From Tricharina praecox (lineage: Eukaryota): a stretch of DNA of 64,000 nucleotides. Below the pieces are notes generated by a model. The model had not been told where the DNA came from and did not search any database. It was given only the letters and a program-made list of their open reading frames with translations. The DNA is taken from NCBI RefSeq assembly GCF_024521635.1, contig NW_026250413.1:1116001-1180000 (forward strand), read 5' to 3'. The position numbers were made by a program, and so were the translations under genes. Each line of letters opens with the position of its first letter. Within the stretch, counting starts at the first letter, position 1. This document shows positions 35,243 to 48,550 of this stretch, piece after piece.

Positions 35243-38200
35243 CGTGATGGAATCGTGTGAACGCAAAAGGGCTGGTATTCGCAGGCGACCTTGTGGTATT
35301 TGACTGCTGGAGATAAGAGAGCTAGGTACCTATCGCGGAGTTCAACTGTCCACGGCCGGCCTCGGCGCCGCCCGTGCCCTTTAGAGCCGGATGACAAATT
35401 CATGGTCAACGCCTGCAGACTCCAGAGGTCAGATCAAGCCACCCGCTAACTTTCGATAAGCCAAACTAAAGAAAGGGGTGAATCACAGTCGCTCACCCAA
35501 GGCGTCGTCGTCGTGAGTCTTGAAGTCCAACTCGTTACTGTTTTCGGACGAAACTGATGTTTCATTCGGTGTTCGCGTGGTACTACACATATGGAAAGGC
35601 GCCTGCAGAGGTGGCGAACGAGATCGCGACGATTGCGGAATTAATTAGGCCGCGTTATTGAGGTATCCCGGCAAAGGAAACGGCGAAAATGAAGAATGAT
35701 GGAGAAGTTGAGGTTCTATGCAACTTCGAAGAGTCATCTTATGGCTCTCCTCTGCTGCTACAGACATGTACATACCTTTCGCCGCTCGGGGCCACCCGAT
35801 CAGGCTAGTCCGGCTATCACCACCATTCGGATCCACTCGATCCGACTGGCCACTTCTCCTATCTTATCTCGCCCATCGCTCATGCTCTCAACCCCAATTT
35901 GTTCTAGGTATATGAAAATGGCCCTGCAGAAAGTCCAATTATTCGGTTTCAACATGATTTTATATGGGATGCTTTTATTGTACAACACCTGATATCGCAT
36001 CCACGCGCATTCATTCAGTAGCATTACATCATCTGTTGTACACACATCTCATCACTGGCACCGGACACCCGTGATCTGTTGATATTGTACGTCTTATTGC
36101 CTGTTCCGGTGTCACTGCTATTTCTCTCTATACTCTGTCCCTTTGAATCATCGCATACGGCCTTGATAGCCTTCGTGGCTCCTTAGCATTGTCACTGGCT
36201 TTTCACCAGAATTTGCCTCTTTAGCTAAGCCTTCAAGCCCCCAGCCCGAGTCCGGCGACGGCTATCCTCGCATGCTCTGCTGAGGCCCGGCTTCGCCCAG
36301 TTGTTTTTACGAGCTCCGCTCCCTTTATAAGCAGTCTGCTTTCTCATCTTTCTCATCCTTTTCGTATCATTACATCAATCAAGTCAAGTTCTTCTCTCAG
36401 TTTCAACCTGATGTTTGAAATTGTGACTGGACAATGAAGTGTATGATTAAACGGGTAAAACAAAAAAAGGACAGTGAAGTGGAAACGTTTTGCATTGGCT
36501 AAAGGGGGAAGGCTGTAGCTTGGAGGGTGAACGAAAGGGATGAATATTCGTGCCTTCCACTCGAACAAGCAAGCGAGTTAGGTATTACAACAGACCCGTC
36601 ATCCTGGTGGAGTACAGAGATTGATGATGCTGTTGCGTAACCAGATACGATAAGATCTCTGATTGGGGACGATTTGACTGACGGAGAAAATTTAACGGTG
36701 AGGACTGTGATGGATGTAGAGTGGGAGAGCATGTCGATTGAAGCTGTAAATAATAGGTAGGCGTGCAACCTTCAAACAAAAGCTGAAGCGTGTAGGCTGT
36801 AGCTACTGTATAATCAAAAGGGCAGGATTTACGCTATCGATATAATATTAGAAACGGTCGCATACTTCTTGGAGGAATACTTGACACTAGATACTTCGGT
36901 GACGCCCTCACCATTGCGACAAAAACGCGTATCCACCACGTAACAACAATCCATCACGCATGGATACTATATCAATGGCCTAAATTCTACCCCCTTGCTA
37001 TCTAAAGTACTTGGTTGCATAAATAAAGTACGGCTGATAGCCCCTGATCACAGCTTTTACCACCTCGAGTAACGTGACGGCGTCATCTGTTGGCCGACTG
37101 TGTAGACAAAAGCCGCAAAACCTTGAGATGGTCTGTATGTCGCGATATTCATGTCGTAGTCCAAACATCAACTGCTAGGGTCCTGAGGCTTGAATTCTAT
37201 TGCCACCAATACAGGACTAGCTGGACCGTGACAGGTGAATTTTGGGTGTAGAAAATCTTTTTCCCCGCATGGATTATCACTTGCGCTTGCCGCTCTCCGG
37301 CCGGTCCATTTTTTTTATTTAAAAAAAGACCCACGACCAGCTTGCACATTATGAAGTCGAGTCAAAGCTCAGTTAAATAACGACCAGCTTGAAGAATCCA
37401 AATGAAACCAACAGAAATGTGATGAAGCTTGTTGATCGGTTGAATACCGTCTGCGATTTAATTAAGCTCGGTCGTGGAAGAAAAGAGAAGCGCAAAAACC
37501 AATCCATCCTCTCGTGCCGAAACTGCCTATACCAATATTATACCAATGTAACCTACATAGCTTGCACACATCATCTAGCCCTGCGTCGCCGGATTCGATT
37601 GCTGTCGACCATCCCAACCATACCGGCTGTACTCCCTCGTCAATTCAGCGAAACTCCACGGTCACCTGTCTCCTCTGCCCCGCCCTTCTCCACTTTTCCC
37701 TCGTTCTAGATCTCCAATGGAAGCCTGAGTTTGTCGCCTGTAAGCCATTCGTCGTTCCGCCAGCCCGCACAGGACCGGGAATAATCACATGATCCAAAAG
37801 AACCTTTCGCAAGCGCAAAATTACATATGTGTGAATTTCGCCCAAGAACTCCTCGCCGTGCTGTAGATTTTGAATCACAGGTTGGGTCTTCCTTCCGCGC
37901 CGTGCACAAATCTCTCGTGGTTCTTTTCGGTGGTGCCGCAGTAAATCGGCAAATCGACGTCGAGGCTGCGCGCAGATAGAAGCCCCGTGTAACACAATGG
38001 GTGTTCCACCTATACCGTGTATCGACTCCATTGGGGAGTCGTGTAGTCGTATTCAGCCCCGAGAATCATCTTTGTGACTGTTGCGCTAAGCGTAACTGCG
38101 GCCTACAGAGGAGTTCCCGGAGGCAAATTTGGTTGGTAGGTGATCATTAAGGCTGTTAAGGGTGGCTATTTCATTCAGTAGGAGTCGGCGGAGAGCCACA

Positions 38201-40039
38201 GAAATCTGGGTCGCGGATTCCGATGGTAATTTCCTAGCTATTTCCTAGCAATTTCTCAACTAGCCCGACGCAGCTCTCCGATTCGGCCGAAGTTGTCAAT
38301 TGAATCCCATCAATACTATCCGTCAAGAATGCGATAAAGCATGTCTTGCGCAAAACCCTCGGTCAAGCAACGTCTTCAACATCAGTAGTTGATCTTTGAT
38401 CTAGTGGTTTAGGCCATGCAATCGGCGGGGGGAGTGAAGGGAAAGTTGCGGGTTCAACCCGGATAAAAGACGTTTGCACTCGGCTCTTGGGGGCTTCCAA
38501 GCCAACCAACGGGGGCAGTGACGTTTTTTGGTTTTGGTTTTGGCATGACGGAGGGAGCACTGGTTAGTTAAATATCACTCGGTTTTATCACGTGACACGC
38601 CTTTCGCTGCCGGCCGGAGGCGAGAGTCTAATTCCTATCAAACGCCCGCCGAACCGGCTTCGCCCATATGAAAATTGCAGCCTGTGCGCTACGCAGATTT
38701 ACAAGCAGCCTGTAGAAGCCTGAATTACTACTGCAAATGCGTTGCACTTTTTGCTAATAGCCAGTTTAAATGCAGACTGGCATTACTTGAACGCGGCTTG
38801 CCGTATTCTTTGTAACCTATCGCCTATGTACTCATCTGGTGGTCGGTATTACCACCCGTTCTAAGCCCCTCCTGTTGATGTTTGCGCCCCGTGAAAGCGA
38901 TAGGCGGATGACATCCTCACGAGTCACGACCGGCGGCAGCAGCGGCGTAATTAAGCGACCATTGTATTCACCAGCGAGTCCACTACCATGGCCTTGATAC
39001 CAGGTCTTCCGGGCAATCATCAATCGGCATACCGGTAATCAGGTACATCCGAGATATTGAGCTCTGTGACCGCGCTCAGGCTTTCCCGGTGCAGTAGTTG
39101 TGCGGCGTATTCAAGGGGGGTGGGGGGTGAAGCCGGAACATCGGCTTCCCCCCTCGTGACCTAAGATCAATCGATTTTTTATCATCGCGCACACACCCGC
39201 GGTCTTTCGGGCGGTCTTCCGTGTCACCGCAGTAGCCTGCGCACGAATTAACGAGAAGCGAACGCCCCCACGCTTGCTAAGTGCTACTATAGAAAGCCGC
39301 GTTGATCCGTTTAATTGGCGCCGCACCACCAACGACCGCGCACAACACAAGTAAGCCTGGCCTTCTGCAGATTTCGGGAGAAGGACTCATTCTAACTATT
39401 GCTACCTTCCAGATATCAAGCTTCCACTCTTTGTCCACGCCATATCGGGTTCGTAAGGTTTCGAGGTTTTTGGGGAATCTGAGGCTGCGTCTGGATAAGG
39501 CTAGCCCCGTTCTGTTCCGCTTTCACCTCTCGCCGATTGTTGCTCTGTTGGAAACTGCACGGCGTACGTTCCAGAGTGACTCTACAAGTAGGTACAGAAG
39601 CGCTATAGCTTTAGCGTGTGAAGGAGGTAGGTAGGTATATATGTAGCCAAAGCACGCCCACACCGCTCAAATTACCTCTGGCTATCTAGAAACCACGCTA
39701 TGTATCCCCAGAACTAATTACCAATCGAGAGGAGTGGGGGTAGCGGCTGCCGGCCGCTGGAATATAGTTGAGGGCCGTGCAAGGGCGAAGGGCAGGGAAT
39801 ATGGAAAGTGCATAGGTAAGTAAGTACTCTAAGTACTTCCTATGTGGAATCGCTGGAACCGAGTCATGACGTTACATAGCATCAATCACGCTATTATCTG
39901 GATCGGCAAGTGGGAGCTATGCATTCAGCGGGAAGTTATGTCTTTTCTTCACTGCAGGATGCTTTGGATTGACCAGTGAAGTGTACATAAAACCAAAAAA
40001 TAAAACAAAATAAATAAATAAAGAAACTTGTATGGGGTT

Positions 40040-41609
40040 TAAGTGAATTAAATCCAAGCTCAGAAAAAGTCCTCATCGCCATCATCATCAACAGCACAAT
40101 CCTCCTCCGTCTCCAAGCTCAGAAAAAGTCCTCATCGCCATCATCATCAACAGCACAATCCTCCTCCGTCTCCAAGCTCGTATCCCGTCCATTGAGTACT
40201 TCGTTTGATTCCGACTCGCTCTCGAATGCGATAGGAGTGTGTTCGTCCCACTATTTTGTCATTAGCCGTAAGTTCACGTTCGTCGGAATTCCTGCAGCAG
40301 ATTGAGAGTACTAACGATGTCTAAGAGTGCGCCAAGGAAAAGTTTCGGAAGCTAGACGATGTCAGTGCCAACTGTATGGAATCTTAAATCAATCACATTG
40401 AGGGCGGACGGTGGTTCTTTACCTCACGATATTCCATTTATCGGCTGGCTCTTGCATCTTGTCGAGGCTTCCGCTGGCTGATGAAAGCTGGCGTTAACGA
40501 TTGATAGCCGAAACGATGCCGTTCTAATCATATGGAAACGGGAGGGAACGTACGCATGCAATCGATATATTCGCCCAGTTCCTTATCGTCGTCGAGATTT
40601 TTGAGGAGCTCTATTGCTTTCGTATCTGTCCCGATCATAGCGAATTGGTACGCCACAGCTATACTCATCGACGACAGTGGTCAGTCAGCACGTCAGGGTG
40701 ATCGAGGACGAAGCTTGCGGCTAACCTTGCGGTCCTTTGGGGCCATATTTTCCCCGTAGCTCCAGCGCCTTTTCCTTCATGACTTTGCGCAGAAGCCACT
40801 GTGGTTCGCCTTCGATCTGTAAGACCGTGCGCGACGGCATCAGCAGAGCCGTACCGACCACAGAGTTGTTAAGGAGAGGGTTAGTCTACCTCGCCGTCTG
40901 TCAGGATGATCACTAGCAGCAGCCTCTTCATTTCGCCCACGACGGCGTGGTTTCTCAGAACCTTGTCGCGTAATTCCGTTCCGATTTTCGTCAAACCTCG
41001 GAACTCGTTTTGGCGACGATTTCATCGACCTTTGTCGGTCCGACCTCTCTGAACGACAAGTTGGAGTTCAAAAACTTGACGGGGACTATCCTGCCGATCT
41101 GAGCGACCAGTCTGTACACCGAAGCGATGGACTTGAGAGTTTTCTTGAGCGTCTCAATCTGCTCGCCGTTGTCTTCAATCCGCATGCTGATAATATTGTC
41201 TGCAAAGCATCAGATAGATCCTGGAAAAAAACGGCATTTCCGCTGCGGCCAAGGGAAAGGCAAACGTACCGACCAACAGGACGACGTCGTACAGGGCCAG
41301 CAGCGACAACTGAATCGCAGTTTCCTTCATGCAACCATGTTGCATTATTTTCCCCACCATCTCAGCCGCTTTCACGGACGCCTCGGCGATTTTGGGATCT
41401 CCTTCGAGTTTGTCGGGGAAGAAGCGTGCGATTCCACTCTTTTCACCTTTCAAAAGGTCATCCCAACACTGTATGAGCATACCAGGTGTCAGAGGTTTCT
41501 GTCCCCCATCGGGCTTTTGCGAAGGCTTCACCGTCCCCGTCGCCGTTGCCGTTGTCTCTCACATCACCTTCGTGATTATTTCCTCCGGTGTGGGCAAAGA
41601 GAGAGGCAT
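40040..41609 (-). pseudogene. von Willebrand factor A (vWA) domain gene, disrupted
   Basis: Fungal vWA motifs LALYDVVLLVDNIISM, FRGLTKIGTELRDKVL, LLVIILTDGE and VAYQFAMIGTD. There is an in-frame TGA at 41561-41559, a 1-nt frameshift near 41010, and a 59-bp duplication at the 3' end. The 3' boundary is approximate. Confidence 0.75.
40053..40179. repeat. Perfect 59-bp tandem duplication (2.15 copies)
   Basis: TCCAAGCTCAGAAAAAGTCCTCATCGCC...CCTCCTCCGTC at 40053 and 40112, with a partial third copy at 40171. Confidence 0.97.
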
Positions 41610-42259
41610 TTCGAGGCTGTTCGCGTCAAGCGGGAGATGTCGGGGCACTGAATCGTCGGAAACACTCGTTTTTCTAGGGAATGATTGAGAGCAGCTCAGT
41701 TATAACAAGAGACGGTCCACCGACCGCGCGGAGTTCCTCCTCCGGAAAATGAAGTGTTGTCGACTTGTAGTTTGAATCCGCGGCCTTCCGTTGGTGAAGT
41801 GATTGAATTCGAGGTGCAAGGAGGGAGAAGGAATCCGTCGCCTTGAAACACTTGTCTGTTGTTCTTTGGGTGGGAACTCTGTTGACCCCGCACCAGCTCT
41901 GTGAAAAGAGGGGGTCTGGTGCTGCACATGCTCGGTGACGAACCAAAGGGTGCTCTCGATCCAATACGCCGGTCGTGGGCACTGCCTTGAATGGAGGTTC
42001 TCAATTGAAGTTCGACTAAAAGGGGAAACCTGATTGAGATGCGTAGGCTCAGCAGGCGCAGAGATAATCCACCTCGTATGCATACCGCGCACACCAACCC
42101 GAAGGAGGCCCTTGTGCTTCTGGAAGCACAATGCAAGCTAGTAGATTCATCACAGAACTACAGTGTGCCAGTTATATACGTATGTGGTGGATACAGAGGT
42201 TCATAGGCAAATTCCTACCTGCTCCCTGTTGACACTCAGTGGCTGACCTTTCACACAGA

Positions 42260-43486
42260 ACAAAACCGAAGAGCTTTCCCAAGCGGTCGAAGACCTAATT
42301 TTGGCCCAAAAGAAGCAGATGGGGGAGCTCAACGCGGAGTTGGCATCCCAGGGCAAGATGATGTCAATTTTCACCTACGTCACTTTGCTTTTCCTTCCAC
42401 TTTCATTTATGGCCGAGGTTTGTAGGCAGAACCTTTCCATTGGTTCATAGTAGTATCCACGCCACTGACCTCGGCACCTATTATTTTGCTTTACCATTTG
42501 CGCAACTGAAGGATATGGACGTGAAGATATTCTGGCTCATCACCGGCATTGTCACGGTCCTAATTGGATTCGTGGCTGGATACAGCGTCTTGTTGAGCCG
42601 ATACTAGTTCCGCGAGCTGGTGCGGGCTATTGAAGATATGCGTCGGCCGATGACCAGGCAAGATACGATTGCACTGCACCTCTATTCCAAGGGGCTTCCG
42701 AGGTACACGATCAGGGCGGTCGGCCGGGACGGCCAGGTTACTCCCTCCGCCTGCAACTATCTCAAGTGACCGGCCCTTGCGAAAGGAGTCCCAACAGAGT
42801 GGCACGTCGGCATCGAAAGCAACGCGCATCCCAAAAGTGCCGGTATATTTCGCTACGACCATGCTAGGGGCGTCCTTCTCCTCGATTACATCGACCCGTA
42901 CGGATACATGTACTACGCCCATGTCGAGTGGGATTACCCCGAGGATGCGAATCGACTCGTGTGGAAGAAAACGCGGCTCCCGGCGGAAAAGGCCAGATAC
43001 CGATACCAGACCCGCTTCGAAGTTACGAGTACGGACGAAAAAACGGAAAATCCACGCCTGCCGAAAAGGAAAAGGGAGTTTCTGGTCTGGAGGACGGCTT
43101 TAGCCCACAAGACGTGGCAAAGTCAACCACGGTGGGATATAGACCACGACAATACGGGAACCATGGAGACTTTCGAAATCTATGCCGGGGTCATGTCGAT
43201 AGAAGACAGATCGAAAAGCCCGGCGGCACTCATTGCGGTGACCACATCATTACAACCGCGGTTATCCACGAATGTGCTGGGAGAAGACGAGCCGAAAAGC
43301 CCAGTGGCTCAGCCACCACCAAGTGCAGCGATGACAAAGATAGCAGCACGGCTATCCGGGATGGTTGAAGGCATCCAATGGAGGCGACGAATGCACGAAC
43401 TGAAATTTCCGATAACACATGATCCAGCGAGTGCTGACGCACGAGAATACTTCAAATTGGAGTTACTGTCGGTGCGTGGGGGTTAA
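42260..43486 (+). pseudogene. Probable pseudogene: CorA-like two-TM segment fused to an unknown domain paralogous to 48551-49626
   Basis: The spliced frame reads MSIFTYVTLLFLPLSFMAE / DMDVKIFWLITGIVTVLIGFVAGYSVLLSRY*FRELVRAIEDMRRPMT. In-frame stops are TAG at 42605-42607 and TGA at 42767-42769. The 5' exons were not resolved. Confidence 0.65.
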
Positions 43487-46400
43487 GGCAGCAAGTACAT
43501 AACTATCTACCTAGTAGGGCTCAGGCAAGATCCTATTTCGTGTCGGAAAGGGTGCATCATTCGGCGATGGATGGCACCAAGAACCAACATAGGAAGGATG
43601 GCAGAGGTGAACCGTCAGGGATAACGCGTAACTAATGATATGCCATCAGCCTGGAGGGTGTTTGGAGGCGATATGGAAGGGGAATGTGTATCTGACTCAG
43701 ACTGAGGGGGGGGAAATTGTTGGAACGTTTCCTTGACCAATGGGTTTTTTTCCTGAGTAATCAATGACGTTGTCTTGTTGATTCTTTACTTGTGCTTTGT
43801 CTTTTCGAACGTTCGTGTTTCATTCATTCCATCATACCTCTCCCGCTCTAGTTGTTTCTCCTTCCTGCTACGGCTTGGCTAACACTACGTGTGGGTCGGG
43901 CTTTTTCCTGCGCAATATTTTCCTTCAGTTTCATATGCTTTTCATAGCGATGGTGGAGGTTGAGCGACGTTATTTCGGGAGGGACGAGTTGTAAAAGGAG
44001 GGGGTTCGGAGGGGCACCGGACACGCTTCCTGTGTCGCTTTCTGGCGCATTGGTTTGGCACGTCTTGTCTATTTTCTTTTGCATCATACACCGATCGCGT
44101 GCGACCCATCCAGATCATGGCAGTACAGCCGCGGGGGCAGACGAGTGAGAAACGACCGCAGTACAGTGAGGGGTGGTGAGGTGTGCTGACTCTGCGGTAA
44201 CCCGACGACGTGACTTCTTCCCCCCGACATGATTCCGCGGAGACCACCCGAATGGTTCGCTAGCCTGATCCTGCGGCCGGAAAGTTCTGGAAACTTTCAC
44301 ATGTCTGAGTTTGGGTGCACCGCAGTTTTTGTCAACGTCTTGGCACCAGCCATGCAGGTGTCGCTCAGAGTGTTATGGTCTGGTCGATCACAGATGACCG
44401 CATGTGAGCGCTGCGGTTGGTGTCACCGGCTCACGTGGGTACTGACCGCCGGCGGTGGCAGTCACTTGTTTCACTCGTCTGGAATGCCAAAGAACACTTG
44501 CTAGTTGTTTCCAGCTTCTCTCGAGTCTCGGCCATGACAAATTATTTTGGTACAGTGAGCGGTACATACCGGCATGTACCTACCATAATTGAGGCTCAGA
44601 GGAGCGCCCGGTTGAGCCTCGAAGATCGTGTACCTTGTATGGACGTGTTCCCCACAAGCGGAAATCGAAACTGTAGGCAACGATGTGTGCCGATTACGTT
44701 TTATTCGAAGTCTATGTAATTGTATGCAACAAGCTCGAGGACTAAAACCTTCGGCTCCTGCCGCTAAGTTAAAAAGGCTCACGTGCTAAAGTAGTTAAAC
44801 CTCAACCTTATCCCAGCCGTAGCTTCGCCACAATATCTCCTGCGTGGCTTGGGGCGCCGTGGCTGTGCGGCCCGGCGGCTAGCGCACTGCCCTGGAGTAG
44901 GCATATGCATGCTAGTCCGGCGATGGCCGGGCCCAGACGCGCCAATAAATGCAGACTTCATACTCTACATGCATAAGTTGTTCGACAGCTGAATGCAGGA
45001 CGGCTCATTGCCATCACGCCAGGTGTGATGGCGGTTCTGTATCTCCACGGGGACGCGTTCCAATTGACGAGGAGAATGGAAATCCGTGAGCGATGTGTGT
45101 GATGGCGAACAGGGAATATGGCTGGGACGGGGAGCGGAAACCTGGGCGTCGAGATATTGCCTACGGTACCGGTATGTACTTACCTAGGTCCACTACGTTG
45201 GGAATAAAGTGCTTATCTAGTATTTACCTACATATTTAAGAAAGAGATTATTGCCGCGCAGACTTCCAGAGTATCTTCGTAGACTACCGTATGAGGAGGA
45301 ATCATATCGGAACACAATCTACAGTCAATCACACGCGTGTTGGCAATGACCACAACGCTTGTGGCTGCAGATCGAGCGTGGTCAGCCCAGATCTGATGGA
45401 TCGCTAACGCAATGGCTTCGGTCCGTAGCGCCACGGAGGTCAGTGGACAATCAGTCGAAACTGACGACGATGACGAAGAGCCACCGGGCCACCCATGTTG
45501 AAGTTCAATTGTGATTGACCTGATCCGTCATTGGTCAATGAAGTTATTTCACTGAGGAAGCAGAAGAAGGAAGGAAGGCTTCATCGGACGCCCCTTCGAA
45601 TCACACCTTCACCCGACAACGTTCATCTGATATTTAGCCGGGGAGAATCGTGCCGTTGCAATCGGCAAGGGCGGCTGACGGCCAGCTTATACTATTAAGC
45701 TTGAGGGAACTGGATAAAAGCGTGCCAGGACGACAGGCCGCGAGTTCAGATGCCGGCGATGAATAGCGACTCCAAGTGATGGATAGAGACAAGTAGACAC
45801 CTGTGCGAGACAAGCTTTTAGCTCATGATTTGTTTTGACGCTGCGTCACTGAAGATACATATCGTGCCGATTCGGTGTGCGAACCCGAAACAATCCATGA
45901 TTTGCCACTTTGCGGCTGTGATGCGATGCGGGCACTGGGAGTCTGGGAGTAACGTCGCTTAGTACGCACGGTCTGGGTGTTGCTGTGGGGTAGATAAGTG
46001 GTTAGCGTTCGTTTCCCTGTTGGTGCCGACACCCTACACCGCCCGTGCGTAGACCATGTCCCTGCCCGTGCGTTCGCTAAGCCACTGCCCATGCGGCCCA
46101 TCCAGTCAGGGAACCATCGCGAGCGACCAGCCCCGCTTCACCATCCACACTCCACGCTTCCACCTCAATGGAAACGATACTGGTATTGTCCCTTCCGCTT
46201 TCGCTCTGTGTTTTCGAGCTCACCGTCTTCAGCTCGGAACACACCACTCAATTCGCTCGCTGCGCCCGCCGCGGGCTCTGAATATTCTTTGACGCCGTAA
46301 GCCACACCCCCCCTAATCGTCTCCGCGGGCAACCCGTTCCTCGCATACGTACTTACTTGCCCGAATTACCTATGCACTTCCGCGGCACACTTACCTCTCT

Positions 46401-48550
46401 CGGCGTCAGATTACATCCGTCTCTGCGTGCAATTGCCACTCACTGTTTCGGGGATGCCGTTGCCGGAGCCGTTTCGGGAAACGCTACTTGACGAATACCT
46501 TCCCACGGAGGCGACGACTCCCACTGCTTGGTCGCACGCGGTACACACGCACTTGGCATGGGTGGCCGAGGGCAGGGAATCTTCTGCATCGCTGGGCCTC
46601 GATTCATCGAACGTCACGATGTATACAAATAGTATCCCCAGTTATAGGGGAGCGAACAACAGAGCTTCCACGTGCTATGCAGCCAGGAGACACCCATCTT
46701 GGGCGAGCACCCATTCTCCCACTGCACGATGAAGTAGTGCACAGCGATGCTGCTGCAGAGGAAACTGCTGTATGCCCCTGCCTCCAGAGTATTCACCCCC
46801 CTGGGGGGCAGAGGAAGGGATGATGTGAGCTCATGAATGCACGGCCTGGCTCGTCCGGTGGTGGTGGTGGTAGTTATTATGTGGACAAGCAGAGGATCTA
46901 AGAAGCATGTACAATCCACAGCAAACCGCAGTCGGTCCCAAGGGGGACCTCCGTAAGGCCGAGGCTCCCACAACGAGTTCCCGAGCTGCTTTACGTTGAA
47001 ATGATCTTCAATATGCTGACGTGTGTTCATTTCAGCTACAGAAGACGTTCGCCCTTGATACGCTGTTTGCTTAGCTCCACTCATGGCTCAGCCTGACACT
47101 CCGTGCAACTCGGTTTGCTTCGAACATCTGCGCAATCTGTCATACCGACGCTTCGCCCAGGACAACGCACCTGTCGGTGTGCAAGTGACGAACAGGAGGG
47201 CGTTGCCTTCCTGCCGTGAAGGATACGTGTTAAGAAGCATTGGAGAAGAAGAAGCAATGACTGCTGGCAATACGTACTGCATACCTCCGGCGCCGTTTGC
47301 AAGCTCGGCAGGAGGATGATATTGTCACCGCAGTATAGGTTCCGGGAGTCTTTCACGCACTCTAAGCTCGGATGGGGCTGTCGATCGGTGGGCTCTCCCG
47401 TGAGGCTTACTTCAGAGGTTGATATTCTTTCTCCAACGATTGGTGGCCGGTATTTACGTACGTCTACGTTTTAAGATACACCACACTCTTCCCAACACCC
47501 TTGGATGCGCTGCGACGACTGGGGGAGTATTATGACGGGGGTCCTCTTTGTGAAAGATGAGGAGGAGGACGAGGGGGCGGTAGAGGCGCCGAGAGGATAG
47601 ATGAACCGGAGAGGTTGGACTTTTGACGTGCCTAACGGTCCACTTCCCTTCTACGTGGTATTCCGACTATGTATCTCGGCTGGGAGACGTTCTTTTAGGA
47701 CATCGCAAACACCCAACGCAACGTATATCTCTAATTTCGATATCACCTATAACACAGACAACTGATCGCGCAGCTTCGTTTCTTGGTGTGGTCGCTTTGT
47801 AGCCGGTGGTGAAGTTCGGACGAAGAAGGCAGTTTGATGGGCCACGTTGGTGGTAGAGGCCGAGTGGGAGAAGATGTCAGTTGAGTCTAGTAGAACAATG
47901 GGTGTGAAAATTTGAAGCACAAGCTGGGTGATTTTGGTTCGCCATTGCCGTAACAATGAATTCTATTTCCAAGAGCCACACACTGGCATCGATCCTATCA
48001 CATCGCGTAATGTGAGGGCGCGAACATTTGGCCAACTCAGTAGTTCCAGGCCTTGTTCCGAAGAGCCTGAGGTGTGGATGACCGTAGTACATACCGACTG
48101 AACCCGGCTGTGAGCCTCGACCACAAAATGAATCCATGGGCGCACATCTACCTGCGTCTACCAATGCGTTTTTAGTCTGTTTGCAGGAAAAAACTCAGGC
48201 GCATATCTACGAGGCTGGAGATCCTCTCCTGTTGTCCTCGCCCTTACCGCCCTGCCCCGCTAACACGTAGTTCGCATGGTCTGCGGTTGCCGTGTGGGTG
48301 GGTTGGCCAGGTTGGCCAGGTTCATCTGAGGTCTCGCCTTCAGACTCACGGCGAGGCTGCATCGAAACCCCGCGGAGACAGGACAAAGGAGGTATAGTCT
48401 TGCGTTGGAGGTTGGGCGGCGAGGCTAATTCATTGAGTGACAACACGCAGCAGCAGAGCTTTGACAGCCTCCAATACAGCTCGATGAGTGTTTAAAAAGG
48501 AACGCGGCTGGAAAATTCGCAAGTATTCACAATCAATCTAACACGCAACG

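Noticed and set aside
35700-36350. Possible LINE endonuclease relic on the minus strand (FLQGHFHIPRTNWG resembling GDFNxxxxxW)
   Set aside because: It is a single weak motif with many stops and no reverse transcriptase remnant recognised, so it cannot be supported without a search.
37645-38031. Possible second vWA fragment (RKVLLDHVIIPGPVRAG)
   Set aside because: The flanking MIDAS and ITDG motifs are absent, and the similarity is too short.
44000-48400. Short ORFs, including 46427-46732 and 47083-47319, as genes
   Set aside because: No recognisable motifs, and the frames do not join cleanly. They may be decayed genes but are unsupported.
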